Positions 32,157 to 42,698 of a stretch of DNA of 64,000 nt are shown here, one piece after another; within the stretch, counting starts at the first letter, position 1; each line of letters starts with the position of its first letter. The position numbers were made by a program, and so were the translations under genes. Source of the DNA: Candidatus Latescibacterota bacterium (lineage in GTDB: Bacteria; Latescibacterota; UBA2968; GCA-2709665); contig CAXXXF010000004.1 in the NCBI GenBank assembly GCA_963667175.2, forward strand, positions 96,001 to 160,000, written 5' to 3'. The notes beneath the pieces were generated by a model. It saw only the letters and a list, made by a program, of their open reading frames with translations, ran no database searches and was not told where the DNA came from.

Positions 32157-33212
32157 ATGCTGATCGTCGATGCCCACCTGGATATCGCCCACAACGCACT
32201 CGAATGGGACCGGGACCTGCTCCAGCCCATCGCCGAAATACGCGAGGCCGAGGCGGGGATGACGCAGAAGGGCCGCGGCATGAACGTGGTGAATTTCGCA
32301 GAACTGCGGCGCGGCGGAATCGGACTCTTCTTCGTAACGGTGCACTGCCGGCTTGCTTCGATGGGTAATCGCTTTTCCGGGGTGCGCACCCAGGACATCG
32401 CCTACGCCAGGTGCATGGGCGAGTCGGCCTACTACCGCCTGATGGAGGCCAGGGGCGTCTTGCGCCAGATTCGCGATTGCGCTGAACTCGACGCTCATCT
32501 GGCCGAATGGGATGACGATCCGCAGACGACCCCGCTGGGGTTTGTCCTCAGCATGGAAGGGGCGGACGGCATTGTGGCGCCGGAACAGGTACCGGAGTGG
32601 TGGGATGAAGGCCTGCGGATCGTAAGTCTGTGTCACTACGGGGTGAGCGCCTACTCACACGGGACCCAGGCTCCGGGCGGCCTCACGGCCAGAGGCCGCC
32701 CCATGCTCGAAGCCCTGGAGGCGGCCGGGATCATCTTCGACGTGAGCCACCTGGCCGAGCAGGCATTCTGGGAAGCCCTGGAGGTCTTCAACGGTCACGT
32801 GCTGGCCACGCACAACTGCTGCCGGGCCCTGTGCGACCACGACCGCCAACTCGACGATCGACAGATTAAGGCGCTGGCCCAGCGCGGCGGCGTCATTGGC
32901 ACAGCCATGGACGTCTGGATGATCTCTTCCTTGTGGGACCCGGCAGCCATGGACAACACGGGCATCACGCTGGAAACCGTGGTGGACCACATCGACCACG
33001 TCTGCCAGCTGACCGGGAGCTCACGCCACGCAGCCATCGGCACCGACCTGGACGGGGGCTACGGCAAGGAGCAGTGCCCCTTTGATCTCGACACCATCGC
33101 CGACCTGCGGAAGATTCCCGCCATCTTGGAAAAACGCGGGTACTCGCAGACCGACATTGCCGGCATCATGCACGGAAACTGGGTCCGCCTGCTGCGTGCG
33201 GCGTGGAAATGA
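32157..33212 (+). CDS. Membrane dipeptidase (peptidase M19)
   Basis: IVDAHLD, SMEGAD, DVSH, THN..R.L.D.Q, HIDHV, IGTDLDG, GNW.R. Confidence 0.92.
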   Translation: MLIVDAHLDIAHNALEWDRDLLQPIAEIREAEAGMTQKGRGMNVVNFAELRRGGIGLFFVTVHCRLASMGNRFSGVRTQDIAYARCMGESAYYRLMEARGVLRQIRDCAELDAHLAEWDDDPQTTPLGFVLSMEGADGIVAPEQVPEWWDEGLRIVSLCHYGVSAYSHGTQAPGGLTARGRPMLEALEAAGIIFDVSHLAEQAFWEALEVFNGHVLATHNCCRALCDHDRQLDDRQIKALAQRGGVIGTAMDVWMISSLWDPAAMDNTGITLETVVDHIDHVCQLTGSSRHAAIGTDLDGGYGKEQCPFDLDTIADLRKIPAILEKRGYSQTDIAGIMHGNWVRLLRAAWK

Positions 33213-33299
33213 CCGGGGTCGCGTGTTCTATCCCGGAAATAAGTTGCCGAGTGATGAGGTATTTGGGGGACAGGACACCTGTCAGAGGAGTGTTCAAAT

Positions 33300-35426
33300 A
33301 TGTCGATTGAGGCCAGTCGCAGCTTTTCACTCGATGCCGCTGCGCTCGAAGTACGAGGTCAGTTCGATGGACTCCAATACTGCGAGCAGAGAAAGGCGAT
33401 CGTTCTCGATGATATGCTCCTGGTCGAAGACGATGCGCCAGCCATCGGCCAGCCCGAAGACGCCGAGGACCGGTCGTGGTTTGAGAAATTGCATAAAGGA
33501 GTGATGGCGCGAAAAGATCTGGTCCTGGATGATCCTCGCGCCACAGCGGCCTGGCTGATCTTCAACGGACGGGAAATGGACGACAATGACCATGCGCTCC
33601 ACGTCTCCATCAACGGTCACCACTTGATCCGACCTCCGAGCAAGATCGCCCACCCGACTGCCCGCCACTACTACACCACGGACTGGGGAGGCTCGCACTT
33701 CGACAACTGGTTCGTGGTGGCCCTGCCGGTGGGCGCCCTGAGGCAGGGTACCAATGAGTTCGTCCTGTGGGCTGAATCGGAGGAGACCAGCTGGGAAATC
33801 ATGGTGGCCGCCGATGGAGAATACAAACGAGGATCTGAAACGCGGCTCTGTCACCCCGATCGCAGCGCCAAGAGCCGGAACGGAGGCCGTACCTGGGATT
33901 TCGAACACCTGGGCTGGAAGGATGAAATCGACGGGGAGTACGCCGTCCGCCTCAGTCTGGACCGCAGCGTACCGAAGGGCGCCTTTGTCTCACCGGTGAT
34001 CGACCTGGCGACGGGAGGGGACACAAAGGGAATCGCGAAATTGCTCGATATCGAAGCGTTCAGGGTGGGATGGGAAGTCGAAGTGCCCGAGGGAAGCCAG
34101 GTAGAAATAGAGGCGCGACTGTGCGACAATCCAGCGCCTGCAGCGGCCGCGTGGTCCTCGTTCGAGCCTGTAACGGATTCCTCGAAGACATGGGAGGCTC
34201 CTGCCGGACGCTACCTGCAGTTCAAGATTGTCATGAATACCCGCAACCCGCTGGTGACGCCGGTTTTCAAGGGTATTTCCGTGGAGGCGAAGGGTCGCGA
34301 GCACAGGCGCCGATCCAATAGACGTTACCGCCTTCAACAGTTCCGCAACGGGCGCGTCATTCGCCCGTCCCTGCCCTACGTCCACGAAGATTTCGCCCGG
34401 CTGAACGAACTGCGCCACCGCTTTCAACTGGATGCAGTGGTCTCAGGCGCGGCGACTGAATTCGAGGCCCAGCTGCAACTCATGCGCTGGGCCTACAAAG
34501 TACCGATCGGCCGCCTGGATGCCTACGAATGGAATTACTATGACTTGCCTCGACTCGACAGGGATGAGAATGGACGGCCCGGCCTGCCTGGCGACAACCG
34601 GAAACGCCGGCGCGACGGCCACTGCCTCTACTGCAATCTGACCTTGATCGCCGCCTGTCTGGCCATGGGCTTTCCGGCCCGCTGGGTCAATATCTCCACC
34701 AAACACACGTACGGACACGAAGTGGCCGAAGTGTGGTCAAACGAGTTCGACAAGTGGATCTTCCTGGATGCGACGCGCGATTACTACATTTACGACCCCG
34801 ACACGGGCATTCCGCTGAATCTGGTGGAAATCAGCGAGCGTCTGGCCGAGATCATGCCGGGACCGGCGACATGGGAATATCCCATCCAGTGGCGCCTGCC
34901 GGACCTCGAAATGCTCCGCGCCGCGCGCGTTGCCTATCGCCAGGGCGACAATGCGTTTTCGATTGACGACCTGAGCGGAGGTCCGGAGCACCTGATGCTC
35001 AAAGGACACTTGCAGATGGTGCGGCGCAACGACTTTGCCAGCCGGCCATGGCCGCTACCGTGGCGACTCTCCAGCAACTGGGGAAGCGATCTCTTCTATT
35101 GCTTCTACAGCGATGTGTTCCCCCGCAAGCGCGAATACCAACAGCACACCAGGCGATGGCAGGATTTCAATCCCCCGCTCAACCGGACGGAACTCTATTT
35201 GAGCGAAACCGCCGAGCCGGATGTCTTGCGGGTGGACGTGGATACCGTGACGCCTTGCTTTGACGCATTCCTGGTGCAGATCGACAAAGCCGAATGGCGC
35301 GAACAGACAGAATCCTCGCTGGAATGGAGACTGCACGAGGGCCTGAACCAACTGCGGCTCAAGGCGCGCAACGGCGCGGGGATTTGCGGCCCGGCCAGCC
35401 ACGCAACGGTCGTGATGAATACCTGA
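33300..35426 (+). CDS. Transglutaminase-like domain protein with beta-rich N-terminal region
   Basis: Cys-His-Asp triad context: GHCLYCN...GFPARWV...GHEVAEVWSNEFDKWIFLDAT; RBS aggag. Confidence 0.75.
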   Translation: MSIEASRSFSLDAAALEVRGQFDGLQYCEQRKAIVLDDMLLVEDDAPAIGQPEDAEDRSWFEKLHKGVMARKDLVLDDPRATAAWLIFNGREMDDNDHALHVSINGHHLIRPPSKIAHPTARHYYTTDWGGSHFDNWFVVALPVGALRQGTNEFVLWAESEETSWEIMVAADGEYKRGSETRLCHPDRSAKSRNGGRTWDFEHLGWKDEIDGEYAVRLSLDRSVPKGAFVSPVIDLATGGDTKGIAKLLDIEAFRVGWEVEVPEGSQVEIEARLCDNPAPAAAAWSSFEPVTDSSKTWEAPAGRYLQFKIVMNTRNPLVTPVFKGISVEAKGREHRRRSNRRYRLQQFRNGRVIRPSLPYVHEDFARLNELRHRFQLDAVVSGAATEFEAQLQLMRWAYKVPIGRLDAYEWNYYDLPRLDRDENGRPGLPGDNRKRRRDGHCLYCNLTLIAACLAMGFPARWVNISTKHTYGHEVAEVWSNEFDKWIFLDATRDYYIYDPDTGIPLNLVEISERLAEIMPGPATWEYPIQWRLPDLEMLRAARVAYRQGDNAFSIDDLSGGPEHLMLKGHLQMVRRNDFASRPWPLPWRLSSNWGSDLFYCFYSDVFPRKREYQQHTRRWQDFNPPLNRTELYLSETAEPDVLRVDVDTVTPCFDAFLVQIDKAEWREQTESSLEWRLHEGLNQLRLKARNGAGICGPASHATVVMNT

Positions 35427-35498
35427 TTGACGCCAGGCGCGGGTTGATAAGTTCCTCAGCCGTTCAGCCGTTCGACGAATGCTTCGACTTCCCTCGCT

Positions 35499-36680
35499 TC
35501 AGTTGTCCTCCACCGACCCGTCCTCGTACCTGAGTTCCTCCCGGAGTATCGGTTCGTAGGGGTGCGCCCGGGCCACCTCCTCGTTCAGTTCGAGTCCGAG
35601 ACCCGGGGTGTCCGGCAACGTCACGAAACCGTCCTCGATCCGGTACCGGTGCCCGTAGAACAGGTCGTCCCTCCAGTCGGTCTTCTCTCTGGTTGAGTCG
35701 TCCGCGTAATTGGCCATTTCCTGGATCACGCTGTTGGGGCAGTTCAAGCCCATGTGTATTTCGGCGGTGACCCCCACCCGGCTGTAGGTGACGTGGGGTG
35801 AGACCTGGATGTACTGCGCCTCCGCCATGGCCGCGATCTTCTTGAACTCCGAGATGCCGCCGCAGTGGACGATGTCCGGATTGAGGTAGCTAACCAGGCG
35901 TTTCGCGATGATGTCCTGGAAGCCCCACTTGGTGAAGTTCCGCTCGCCCATGCACAGGGGCACCGTCGTGCGGTCGCTCAGCCACTCGAGCGCGTCGTTC
36001 GATCCTTCCACCTGGATCGGTTCCTCAACCCAGAAGGGGCGGTAGGGCTCGACGGCCTTGCAGTACTCCAGGGCCATTGTGGGCGTCAGTCGACCGTGGG
36101 CGTCGATGAGGACGTCGAAGTCATCGCCCCCTTCGATCCGCATCTCCTCGATCTGACGGACCGCCCGTTTCAGGTCCCAGGGCATGGGCACCGTGAGTGG
36201 GTCGCCGGCTCTGGTCACCGGCGGCCCCGTCTTGACGGCGCTGCATCCCATGGCCCGGGCGCGCTGCACGCCCGCCTTCCCCCCGCCGCCGGCGTAGATG
36301 CGCACTTTGTCCCGCGCGGCGCCTCCCAACAACTTGTAGATCGGCAACCCCGCGATCTTACCCAGGATATCCCACAGGGCGATATCGATAGCGCTGAGGG
36401 CGGTTGTGAAAAGCACGCCCACGTGCCAGCGGTTCCAGCGGAAGAGCCCTTGCCAGAGACGCTCGATGTCCGTTGGGTTCTTCCCGATGAGGTGGCCCTC
36501 CAGGTCCTTGATGCACTGCGCGATGGTGCCCACCTTGTTGTCGCTGATCGAGCCCTCGCCCAGTCCCGTGATCCCCTCGTTCGTCCTGATCTTCACGAAA
36601 CAGCAGTTCCCTTTCACCAGAAAGGTGTCCACGCCCGTGATCCTGATACCGGGGTAGATCGCGCTGCCTTGGTCAGCCAT
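35499..36680 (-). CDS. Mandelate racemase/muconate lactonizing enzyme family, galactonate dehydratase-like
   Basis: GITGLGE, SAIDIALWDILGK, DAHGR, EEP, GER, PDIVHCGGISE, PH, PGLG. Confidence 0.9.
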   Translation of the reverse strand: MADQGSAIYPGIRITGVDTFLVKGNCCFVKIRTNEGITGLGEGSISDNKVGTIAQCIKDLEGHLIGKNPTDIERLWQGLFRWNRWHVGVLFTTALSAIDIALWDILGKIAGLPIYKLLGGAARDKVRIYAGGGGKAGVQRARAMGCSAVKTGPPVTRAGDPLTVPMPWDLKRAVRQIEEMRIEGGDDFDVLIDAHGRLTPTMALEYCKAVEPYRPFWVEEPIQVEGSNDALEWLSDRTTVPLCMGERNFTKWGFQDIIAKRLVSYLNPDIVHCGGISEFKKIAAMAEAQYIQVSPHVTYSRVGVTAEIHMGLNCPNSVIQEMANYADDSTREKTDWRDDLFYGHRYRIEDGFVTLPDTPGLGLELNEEVARAHPYEPILREELRYEDGSVEDN

Positions 36681-36755
36681 TGTTAATGTCTCCTGTGAAA
36701 GTCCTCTCAAGAGTCATTTCGAGCGTATACGAATTGGTTTCCCGTGAATGAGGAG

Positions 36756-37056
36756 CTTTCAGCCGTCAGCTATCAACTTGAATCAAAAAACGAAAAGTCA
36801 AATTCAACATCCACATCTCCCCAAATTCCCTGCCTCCGGCGGGTTCCTTAAAACCGGGAAGACGTTAGACGGGAGAGGGGAGAGATCGCATGCCGCATAG
36901 GGTTTCTTGTCATGCCGCAGGCAAGTCAAAAGGACAAATCGGCAAGGGCTTCTTCTCCCGTCTCACCTCTACCGTCTACCCGCATTTCTTCTACCGTATT
37001 CCGTCTTGCGTCTCCCCGCCTTTCTTCCTTCTTCCTTCTTCCTTCTTCCTTTTTTC
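36756..37056. repeat. Composite intergenic repeat (TCAGC heptamers, conserved block, TTCTTCC tract)
   Basis: 36759-36847 resembles the reverse complement of 63391-63477; 36858-36977 resembles 40496-40615; (TTCTTCC)4 near 37022-37049. Confidence 0.65.
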
Positions 37057-37057
37057 C

Positions 37058-38173
37058 CTATACCGGATAATTGACCTTCAGATCCTTGAAATCATCGCTC
37101 AGTTCGTACGCCTTTCCTTCCGCGCGGGCGCGCTCCCGGTCGACGTTGTTGGCTTCCTTGACGAAGGCGTTGCTGACCACGTCCTCTGCCTTGTAGTGGT
37201 TCCGGATCTGTCCCAGTTTGTGGACGGTGTCGATGTATGCCTGCCACGAATCCATATCGCTGTACCCGTACCCCTTCCCAATCCGGTCGCCGTCAAAGTA
37301 GATGGTGCCCAGCTCAAGCATGGAGTCCAGCGCAAGCTGCGGCGCCATCTGTTCTCGCAGGGCCGGGAAGCGTCCGTACGTGATCTGACCGGCTGCGCGC
37401 GGATTGGCCCGCGTAAACTCGTACGCCAGGCAGTTGGCCTTGAAGAAGCGCGTCCAGACGTCCACGCGGGTCTCGTCTTTCAGATCATCGCGATGGATGG
37501 CATAGCCGTTGGACGGATGATTGGAGAACTCCATCCCGACGAGGAATTTGAGCTTCATTCCAAGCGCTTTCCACTGGGCCGCCAGCCCTCGCCATGCCAG
37601 CCCCGCGTCCGCCCGACCCAGGGCGACCATCTGACCCCATTGAGGGCCGCCGTTCAGGTAGGTGACGGAACCGGGATCCAGCCCGGCTTCCACGAGGATG
37701 GGATCGATGATCACGCGCCAGCCTTCGGAAGCGACGGCGATTTTCTTCCCTGCCAGGTCCTGGACCTTTGTGATCGGACTGTCTTCGGGCAACGCGAAAT
37801 CAAAGACCTGCTTCATCACCATCTCCCACACGAGAACGACGGGGATGCCCGCGTCGATGCTCGAAAGCAGAACGCCCGGAGACGGGAATCCCATGTCCGC
37901 CTGCTTCTGGCCCACCAGTTTGGTTACCGCCAACGCCTCCGTGGGGCCGGGCTGCAGCACAACGTCCAGGTTCACTTCCGTGAAATAACCCATTTCGTGG
38001 GCCACCCACAGGTTGAAGTCATCCATCACCTCCAGGTTTCCGCGCGGGGAGACCCACACGATTCTGTCGGCTTCTGCCGCATTCATTGGGTTGGCCGGAA
38101 TACAGAGCAGAACGCCCAGGGCCGATGAATATCCGAGGAATTCGCGGCGGGTAAGGGTGCCTTTATTCATCAT
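37058..38173 (-). CDS. NitT/TauT (NMT1/THI5-like) ABC substrate-binding protein
   Basis: Tat-like TRREFL signal, MGYFTEVNLDV, DLAGKKIAV, GRADA. Confidence 0.85.
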   Translation of the reverse strand: MMNKGTLTRREFLGYSSALGVLLCIPANPMNAAEADRIVWVSPRGNLEVMDDFNLWVAHEMGYFTEVNLDVVLQPGPTEALAVTKLVGQKQADMGFPSPGVLLSSIDAGIPVVLVWEMVMKQVFDFALPEDSPITKVQDLAGKKIAVASEGWRVIIDPILVEAGLDPGSVTYLNGGPQWGQMVALGRADAGLAWRGLAAQWKALGMKLKFLVGMEFSNHPSNGYAIHRDDLKDETRVDVWTRFFKANCLAYEFTRANPRAAGQITYGRFPALREQMAPQLALDSMLELGTIYFDGDRIGKGYGYSDMDSWQAYIDTVHKLGQIRNHYKAEDVVSNAFVKEANNVDRERARAEGKAYELSDDFKDLKVNYPV

Positions 38174-38204
38174 GAAGTTTTCCTCCCGGTTGGTAACGAG
38201 ACAC

Positions 38205-39005
38205 TTAATTTTCCCAATTCGCCCATTTCTTGCCGATCAGGTAAAAGGCGACGTACAGGCCGATTCCGATCGCCGCGATGAGGATGATCACGGCGAAGAA
38301 GCTGGACATGCGCGCGAGCGAGGAGTAATAGACCAGGCGATTGCCAAGGCCGGACCCGCCGCCAACCATCTCCGCGCCGATCGCGGTCAGCAGGCCGAAG
38401 ATGCCTCCGACCATCAGGCCGACAATGATCATAGGCAGCGCGAGCGGAAAGCGGACCTTGCGGAAAATCTGTAGCGTCGAGGCGCCGTACGAGCGCGCCA
38501 GCGCGATTTTCGCCAGGTCGGTCCTGCGGAAGCCGGTGGCTGCGTTGATCATGACCATTGGGCCGACTGCGAGCGCGACCGCGATGACCCGGGGTGTCTG
38601 GCCGAAGCCGAACTTGAGGATCAGCAGCGGCACCAGGGCGAGCATGGGCGTGGTGACCAGAATCAGGATATACGGCGTGACGATCTTTTCCGCAAAGGGG
38701 AACTGCGTGATCAGCGCGGCAAGGAGAATGCCGGCGACGGCCCCGATCGCGTATCCCAGACCCAGTTCCTGAAGCGTTACCAGCAAGTGGGGCCAGAGTA
38801 ACGGGAAAGACCGGTAGAGCGCGGACGCGATCTCGCTTGGCAGCGGGAAGACGTAGGACGGGATGTCCCACGCGCGAACTACGAACTCGGAAGCGGCCAC
38901 GACCGCCACCGCCACACCCGCGATCACGGCAACCTGTACGCCGGCGAAACGCATCGAAGTCAGCGCGGACCAGTTGATGGGTTGTTTTTCACGATTATTG
39001 GACAT
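38205..39005 (-). CDS. NitT/TauT ABC transporter permease
   Basis: TPMLALVPL, EAA-like ARSYGASTLQIFRKVRFPLALP, AEMVGG. Confidence 0.92.
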   Translation of the reverse strand: MSNNREKQPINWSALTSMRFAGVQVAVIAGVAVAVVAASEFVVRAWDIPSYVFPLPSEIASALYRSFPLLWPHLLVTLQELGLGYAIGAVAGILLAALITQFPFAEKIVTPYILILVTTPMLALVPLLILKFGFGQTPRVIAVALAVGPMVMINAATGFRRTDLAKIALARSYGASTLQIFRKVRFPLALPMIIVGLMVGGIFGLLTAIGAEMVGGGSGLGNRLVYYSSLARMSSFFAVIILIAAIGIGLYVAFYLIGKKWANWEN

Positions 39006-39334
39006 ACGATGAACCGTTAAAGAAAGCCATCAGCCTTCAGCGGTCAGCAGTCAGCTTGAGTCAAAAGCGAAAATCAGCTCACACGGAGACACAAAGACGC
39101 AAAGAAAAACAAACAGCGATCAGCCGTCAGACAGAAGCAGCTATCAGCTGTCAGCTGTCAGCGATCAGCTTAAAGCAAAAGACGAAAAACAAACGGCAAT
39201 ACCCTTACATTCACCATTTCGCAAAACCGATCGAGTTATGTGATCTTCTACTGTCTCCCGTCTTACGTCTCACCGGTTTTCAGGTTCTTCCTTCTTCCTT
39301 CCCCGCCTCAGCCGCCACCTGTCGCCGGTTGAAT

Positions 39335-40123
39335 TCAGATCGACACGGCATCCTTCTGTACGTCGTGAAAGATGGTCTGTTTGATTTCGGCGACGATTTC
39401 GAAGAAATGGGGTTCGGCGGTCACGGATAACGGACGCGGGCGGGGCAGGTCGATGTCGTAGATTTTCGAGTTCCGGCCCGGGCGCGGGGTCATCACGTAG
39501 ACCCGGTCCGAGAGGTAGACGGCTTCCGGAATCTGATGGGTGACAAAGACGATGGTTTTGCCGGACTGCTCCCAGATGTTGAGGAGCATCAGGTTCATTT
39601 CGTCCCGGGTAAATGCGTCCAGTGCGCCGAAGGGCTCGTCCATCAGCAGGACCCTGGGGTCGTATGCCAGCGCCCGGACGATGGAAGCCCGCTGCTGCAT
39701 CCCACCCGATAGTTCTCCCGGATAGTGGTGCTCGAAACCCTTCAGGGCCGTGACCTCGATCAGGTCGTCGATGCGGTCCTGATATCGTCCCGGATCTTCC
39801 CTCATGATCTCAAAGGGAAACCGGATATTCTGCAGCAGATTCCGCCACGGGAGCAGGTTGGAGGTCTGGAAGACCATGCCGATTTCCCGCCGCGGTTCCA
39901 GAACCTCGCGTCCGTTAACGGTTATCTTCCCTTCGGAGAGCGGCCAGAGCGCCGCCATGGCCCAGAGCAGGGTGCTTTTTCCGCAGCCGCTGGGTCCGAC
40001 GATGGACACGAACTGCCCTTCCTCCACGGCCATATCGAAGCCGTCCAGGGCCTGGACCTCGCCGCGGTCTCCGGTAAAGGTCTTGCACGCGTTTTCAACG
40101 GTAATAACAGGCGGGTTTTGCAT
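39335..40123 (-). CDS. NitT/TauT ABC transporter ATP-binding protein
   Basis: GPSGCGKST, LSGGMQQR, LLMDEPFGALD, VTH. Confidence 0.93.
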   Translation of the reverse strand: MQNPPVITVENACKTFTGDRGEVQALDGFDMAVEEGQFVSIVGPSGCGKSTLLWAMAALWPLSEGKITVNGREVLEPRREIGMVFQTSNLLPWRNLLQNIRFPFEIMREDPGRYQDRIDDLIEVTALKGFEHHYPGELSGGMQQRASIVRALAYDPRVLLMDEPFGALDAFTRDEMNLMLLNIWEQSGKTIVFVTHQIPEAVYLSDRVYVMTPRPGRNSKIYDIDLPRPRPLSVTAEPHFFEIVAEIKQTIFHDVQKDAVSI

Positions 40124-40391
40124 CAGATAAGACAGCAGCAAAATCACGACGGAGCGCGCCGTGTCTGCAACCTGGGAGCGCGGGCATCTTGCCCGCAAAA
40201 GTGGACCGAACGCAAACGATCCGCGGTCCACTCGCAGTCAGGTTAAAGACGCGTCGGCGGTTCCACGCGACGTCGGGTAAGTAGTGTTTTTTCGAGGGAC
40301 GTCAGATTTCGTAGAGTCGAGGGTTTTGGCAACGAAAGGGCGAACGGGAGTATATCTGATTCCAGCAGATGGAACAAGGGGTTTCGGAAGG

Positions 40392-40429
40392 CAGTGGTCA
40401 GTGGTCAGTGGTCAGTGGTCAGTGGTCAG
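40392..40429. repeat. Heptamer tandem repeat (CAGTGGT)5
   Basis: cagtggtcagtggtcagtggtcagtggtcagtggtcag. Confidence 0.9.
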
Positions 40430-40727
40430 AAAAACGAAAACCAACTCACACAAAGGCACAAAGACACAAAGGGAAGCAAAACCACCAAAAGGCGGAAAGA
40501 CTGAAGACGGAAGAGGGGAGAGATCGCTTGCCCCGTGCGGATTGATTTCTTGCCTGTGGCTCAAAGGAAGAACCAATTGGGCAAGGACGTCTTCTCCCGT
40601 CTCCCGGCTCACCGCTTTCAGGTTCTCCTTCATCCTTCTTCATTTTTCATTCTTCCTTTTTACCTTTCACGTCTCCCCGCTTTTTGGTCGCTCACGCCCC
40701 GGCCCTCTCTGATACCTGACGATAGAT

Positions 40728-42698
40728 TCAAACGGCTTCCGTTACCGCCCCTCGCATCTTCAGGATGTACTTCGCCCGGTCCAGCGGCGATATCCCCTTG
40801 TAGGGTCGCACGACGCCCTCGCCCGGCGGGCACGGCTCATATCCGTCGTACTTGAAGGAGAATTTCGCCGTTCCGCCCGTCAACGAGTTCAGCCGGATGG
40901 GATAGTCCATCGAAGTCGCCAGGGGTATTCGTCCCGTAACCGATAACGCACCTCCGTCTGCCTCAACGGGATCGAAGGCGCCGCGCGCGTTTATGATGTC
41001 CGACGTGATCCTGCCAACGTAGGTCTCGGCCACCGAGATTTTGAACGCCAGTATCGGTTCGAGCAGGGTCGACCCGGTCGCGGTCAGCCCTTTCAACACT
41101 GCGATATTCGTCGCGAGTTTGAAATTGCCCGCGCGGCTGTGCAGCACGTGATCGCTTCCCTCCACCAGGGTAATCTTCAGATCCGTGACTTCCCATCCCT
41201 TGATTCCCTGCCTGAGCGCGCCCTCGATCGATCTTTCGATCTCCTTCTGATATCGTGCCTTGATGTCGTTGACGCCGACCTGTGACGAATAAACGACACC
41301 GCTTCCCGGCTCGCCCGGTTCGATCCGAACCTTCACGATGGCCCAACACGGTTTCGGCATCGTGTAGCGCTCGATACCGTATCCGATGGAAGCAGGTGTC
41401 TCCTTGTAAATGACCATCGGGTCATTGAACCGCGCCTGGATGCCGAATCGCGCATCGAGCATCTCCTTCAGGATCTCCGCCTGAACCGGGCCCATGATCC
41501 TCACGTGCAGTTCGCGTTCATCCTCGAACCACGTGTAGTTGAGGCGCGGGTCTTCGCTCGACAACTGTTGCAGCGCCGCGGCCAGCCGGGAATGATCCGC
41601 CTCGTCTACCGGGATTGCCTGAACCGACAGCAGGGGCTCTCCGAGTTCGCAGGACCCGGGGATTTGGCCCGGGTCGCCCAGGACGTCGCCAATCTTCGCC
41701 TCCGGCATCCCGCACAAGAAACCGATGTCGCCGGCGGAGAGGGCGCTCGTGTCCTCGTATCGATTGAGATAGGATTTCTTGATCTGCGTAATCTTCTCGT
41801 CGCGATCCGCCGTAACGTTCCGGATGATATCCCTGTTTTGGAGTCGTCCTGCATAGAGACGAACGCCGGCGATGCGCCCAAGTTTCGGATCGTGGTCGAG
41901 CTTGAACACCACACCGGAAGGCGGACGTGATTCGTCGGCATCCGCATCGGGAAACCAGGCCACGATTTTCCCCAGCAGTTCCTCCGTTCCGATCATGTTC
42001 TTTGCCACGCCGCAGAGCATGGGAAACAGCTCTCTCTTTGCCGTGCAAGCCGCAATCACCTTTTCGATCTCTGCTCGTGAAATCGGCTCTTCGTTCAGGA
42101 ATCGCTCCAGGAGCACGTCGTCCTTCGCGGCGACGCTCTCTGTCAGGGCGGTTTGACCGTCCGGGTTCAGATTGGCGATACCAGCGTCCGATTCGCCTTC
42201 CTTCTCCGGCTGATTGACCGGAATCACGTCGCGTGAAAATCGAAGCTTCAGATCATCGACGACCCTCGCCGTATCCGCGCCGATCCGATCCAGTTTGTTC
42301 ACGAACAGGATGACGGGTATGTTCAGCGCCTCCAGCGCGGCCCAAATCGTCTCCGTCTGGGCCTGGATGCCCTCGACCGCGGAAAGAACGAGTACGGCGC
42401 AGTCCAGCACCCGGAGCGACCGTTCGACTTCCGAGGTAAAATCGACGTGCCCCGGCGTGTCGATCAGGTTGATCCTCACGCCCTCCCACTCGAATGACAT
42501 CGACGATGCCCGGACCGAGATCCCTCGCCGCCTCTCCACGTCGAGCGCATCGGAGAGGCTGGTCCCTTTGTCTACATTTCCGGGAGAACGGATGGCGCCG
42601 CTGAGGTACAGCAGATTCTCGGTCACCGTCGTCTTGCCGGCATCGACGTGTGCGAGGATACCCAGGTTGCGAATTCTTGAGGGATTTTCTTGACGCAT
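40728..42698 (-). CDS. TetM/TetO/OtrA-like ribosomal protection GTPase
   Basis: NLGILAHVDAGKTT, GNVDKGT, RGIS, DTPGHVDF, NKLD, VIYKETP, LLEP; about 656 aa, EF-G-like but with RPP-type termini. Confidence 0.82.
   Translation of the reverse strand: MRQENPSRIRNLGILAHVDAGKTTVTENLLYLSGAIRSPGNVDKGTSLSDALDVERRRGISVRASSMSFEWEGVRINLIDTPGHVDFTSEVERSLRVLDCAVLVLSAVEGIQAQTETIWAALEALNIPVILFVNKLDRIGADTARVVDDLKLRFSRDVIPVNQPEKEGESDAGIANLNPDGQTALTESVAAKDDVLLERFLNEEPISRAEIEKVIAACTAKRELFPMLCGVAKNMIGTEELLGKIVAWFPDADADESRPPSGVVFKLDHDPKLGRIAGVRLYAGRLQNRDIIRNVTADRDEKITQIKKSYLNRYEDTSALSAGDIGFLCGMPEAKIGDVLGDPGQIPGSCELGEPLLSVQAIPVDEADHSRLAAALQQLSSEDPRLNYTWFEDERELHVRIMGPVQAEILKEMLDARFGIQARFNDPMVIYKETPASIGYGIERYTMPKPCWAIVKVRIEPGEPGSGVVYSSQVGVNDIKARYQKEIERSIEGALRQGIKGWEVTDLKITLVEGSDHVLHSRAGNFKLATNIAVLKGLTATGSTLLEPILAFKISVAETYVGRITSDIINARGAFDPVEADGGALSVTGRIPLATSMDYPIRLNSLTGGTAKFSFKYDGYEPCPPGEGVVRPYKGISPLDRAKYILKMRGAVTEAV

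Noticed and set aside
40124-40400. TPP or other riboswitch upstream of the NMT1-like ABC operon
   Set aside because: No recognisable consensus by eye; the hairpins belong to REP elements. An Rfam scan would settle it.
39010-40700. CRISPR array
   Set aside because: The repeats are short tandem heptamers and palindromes without unique equal-length spacers, and there are no cas genes.
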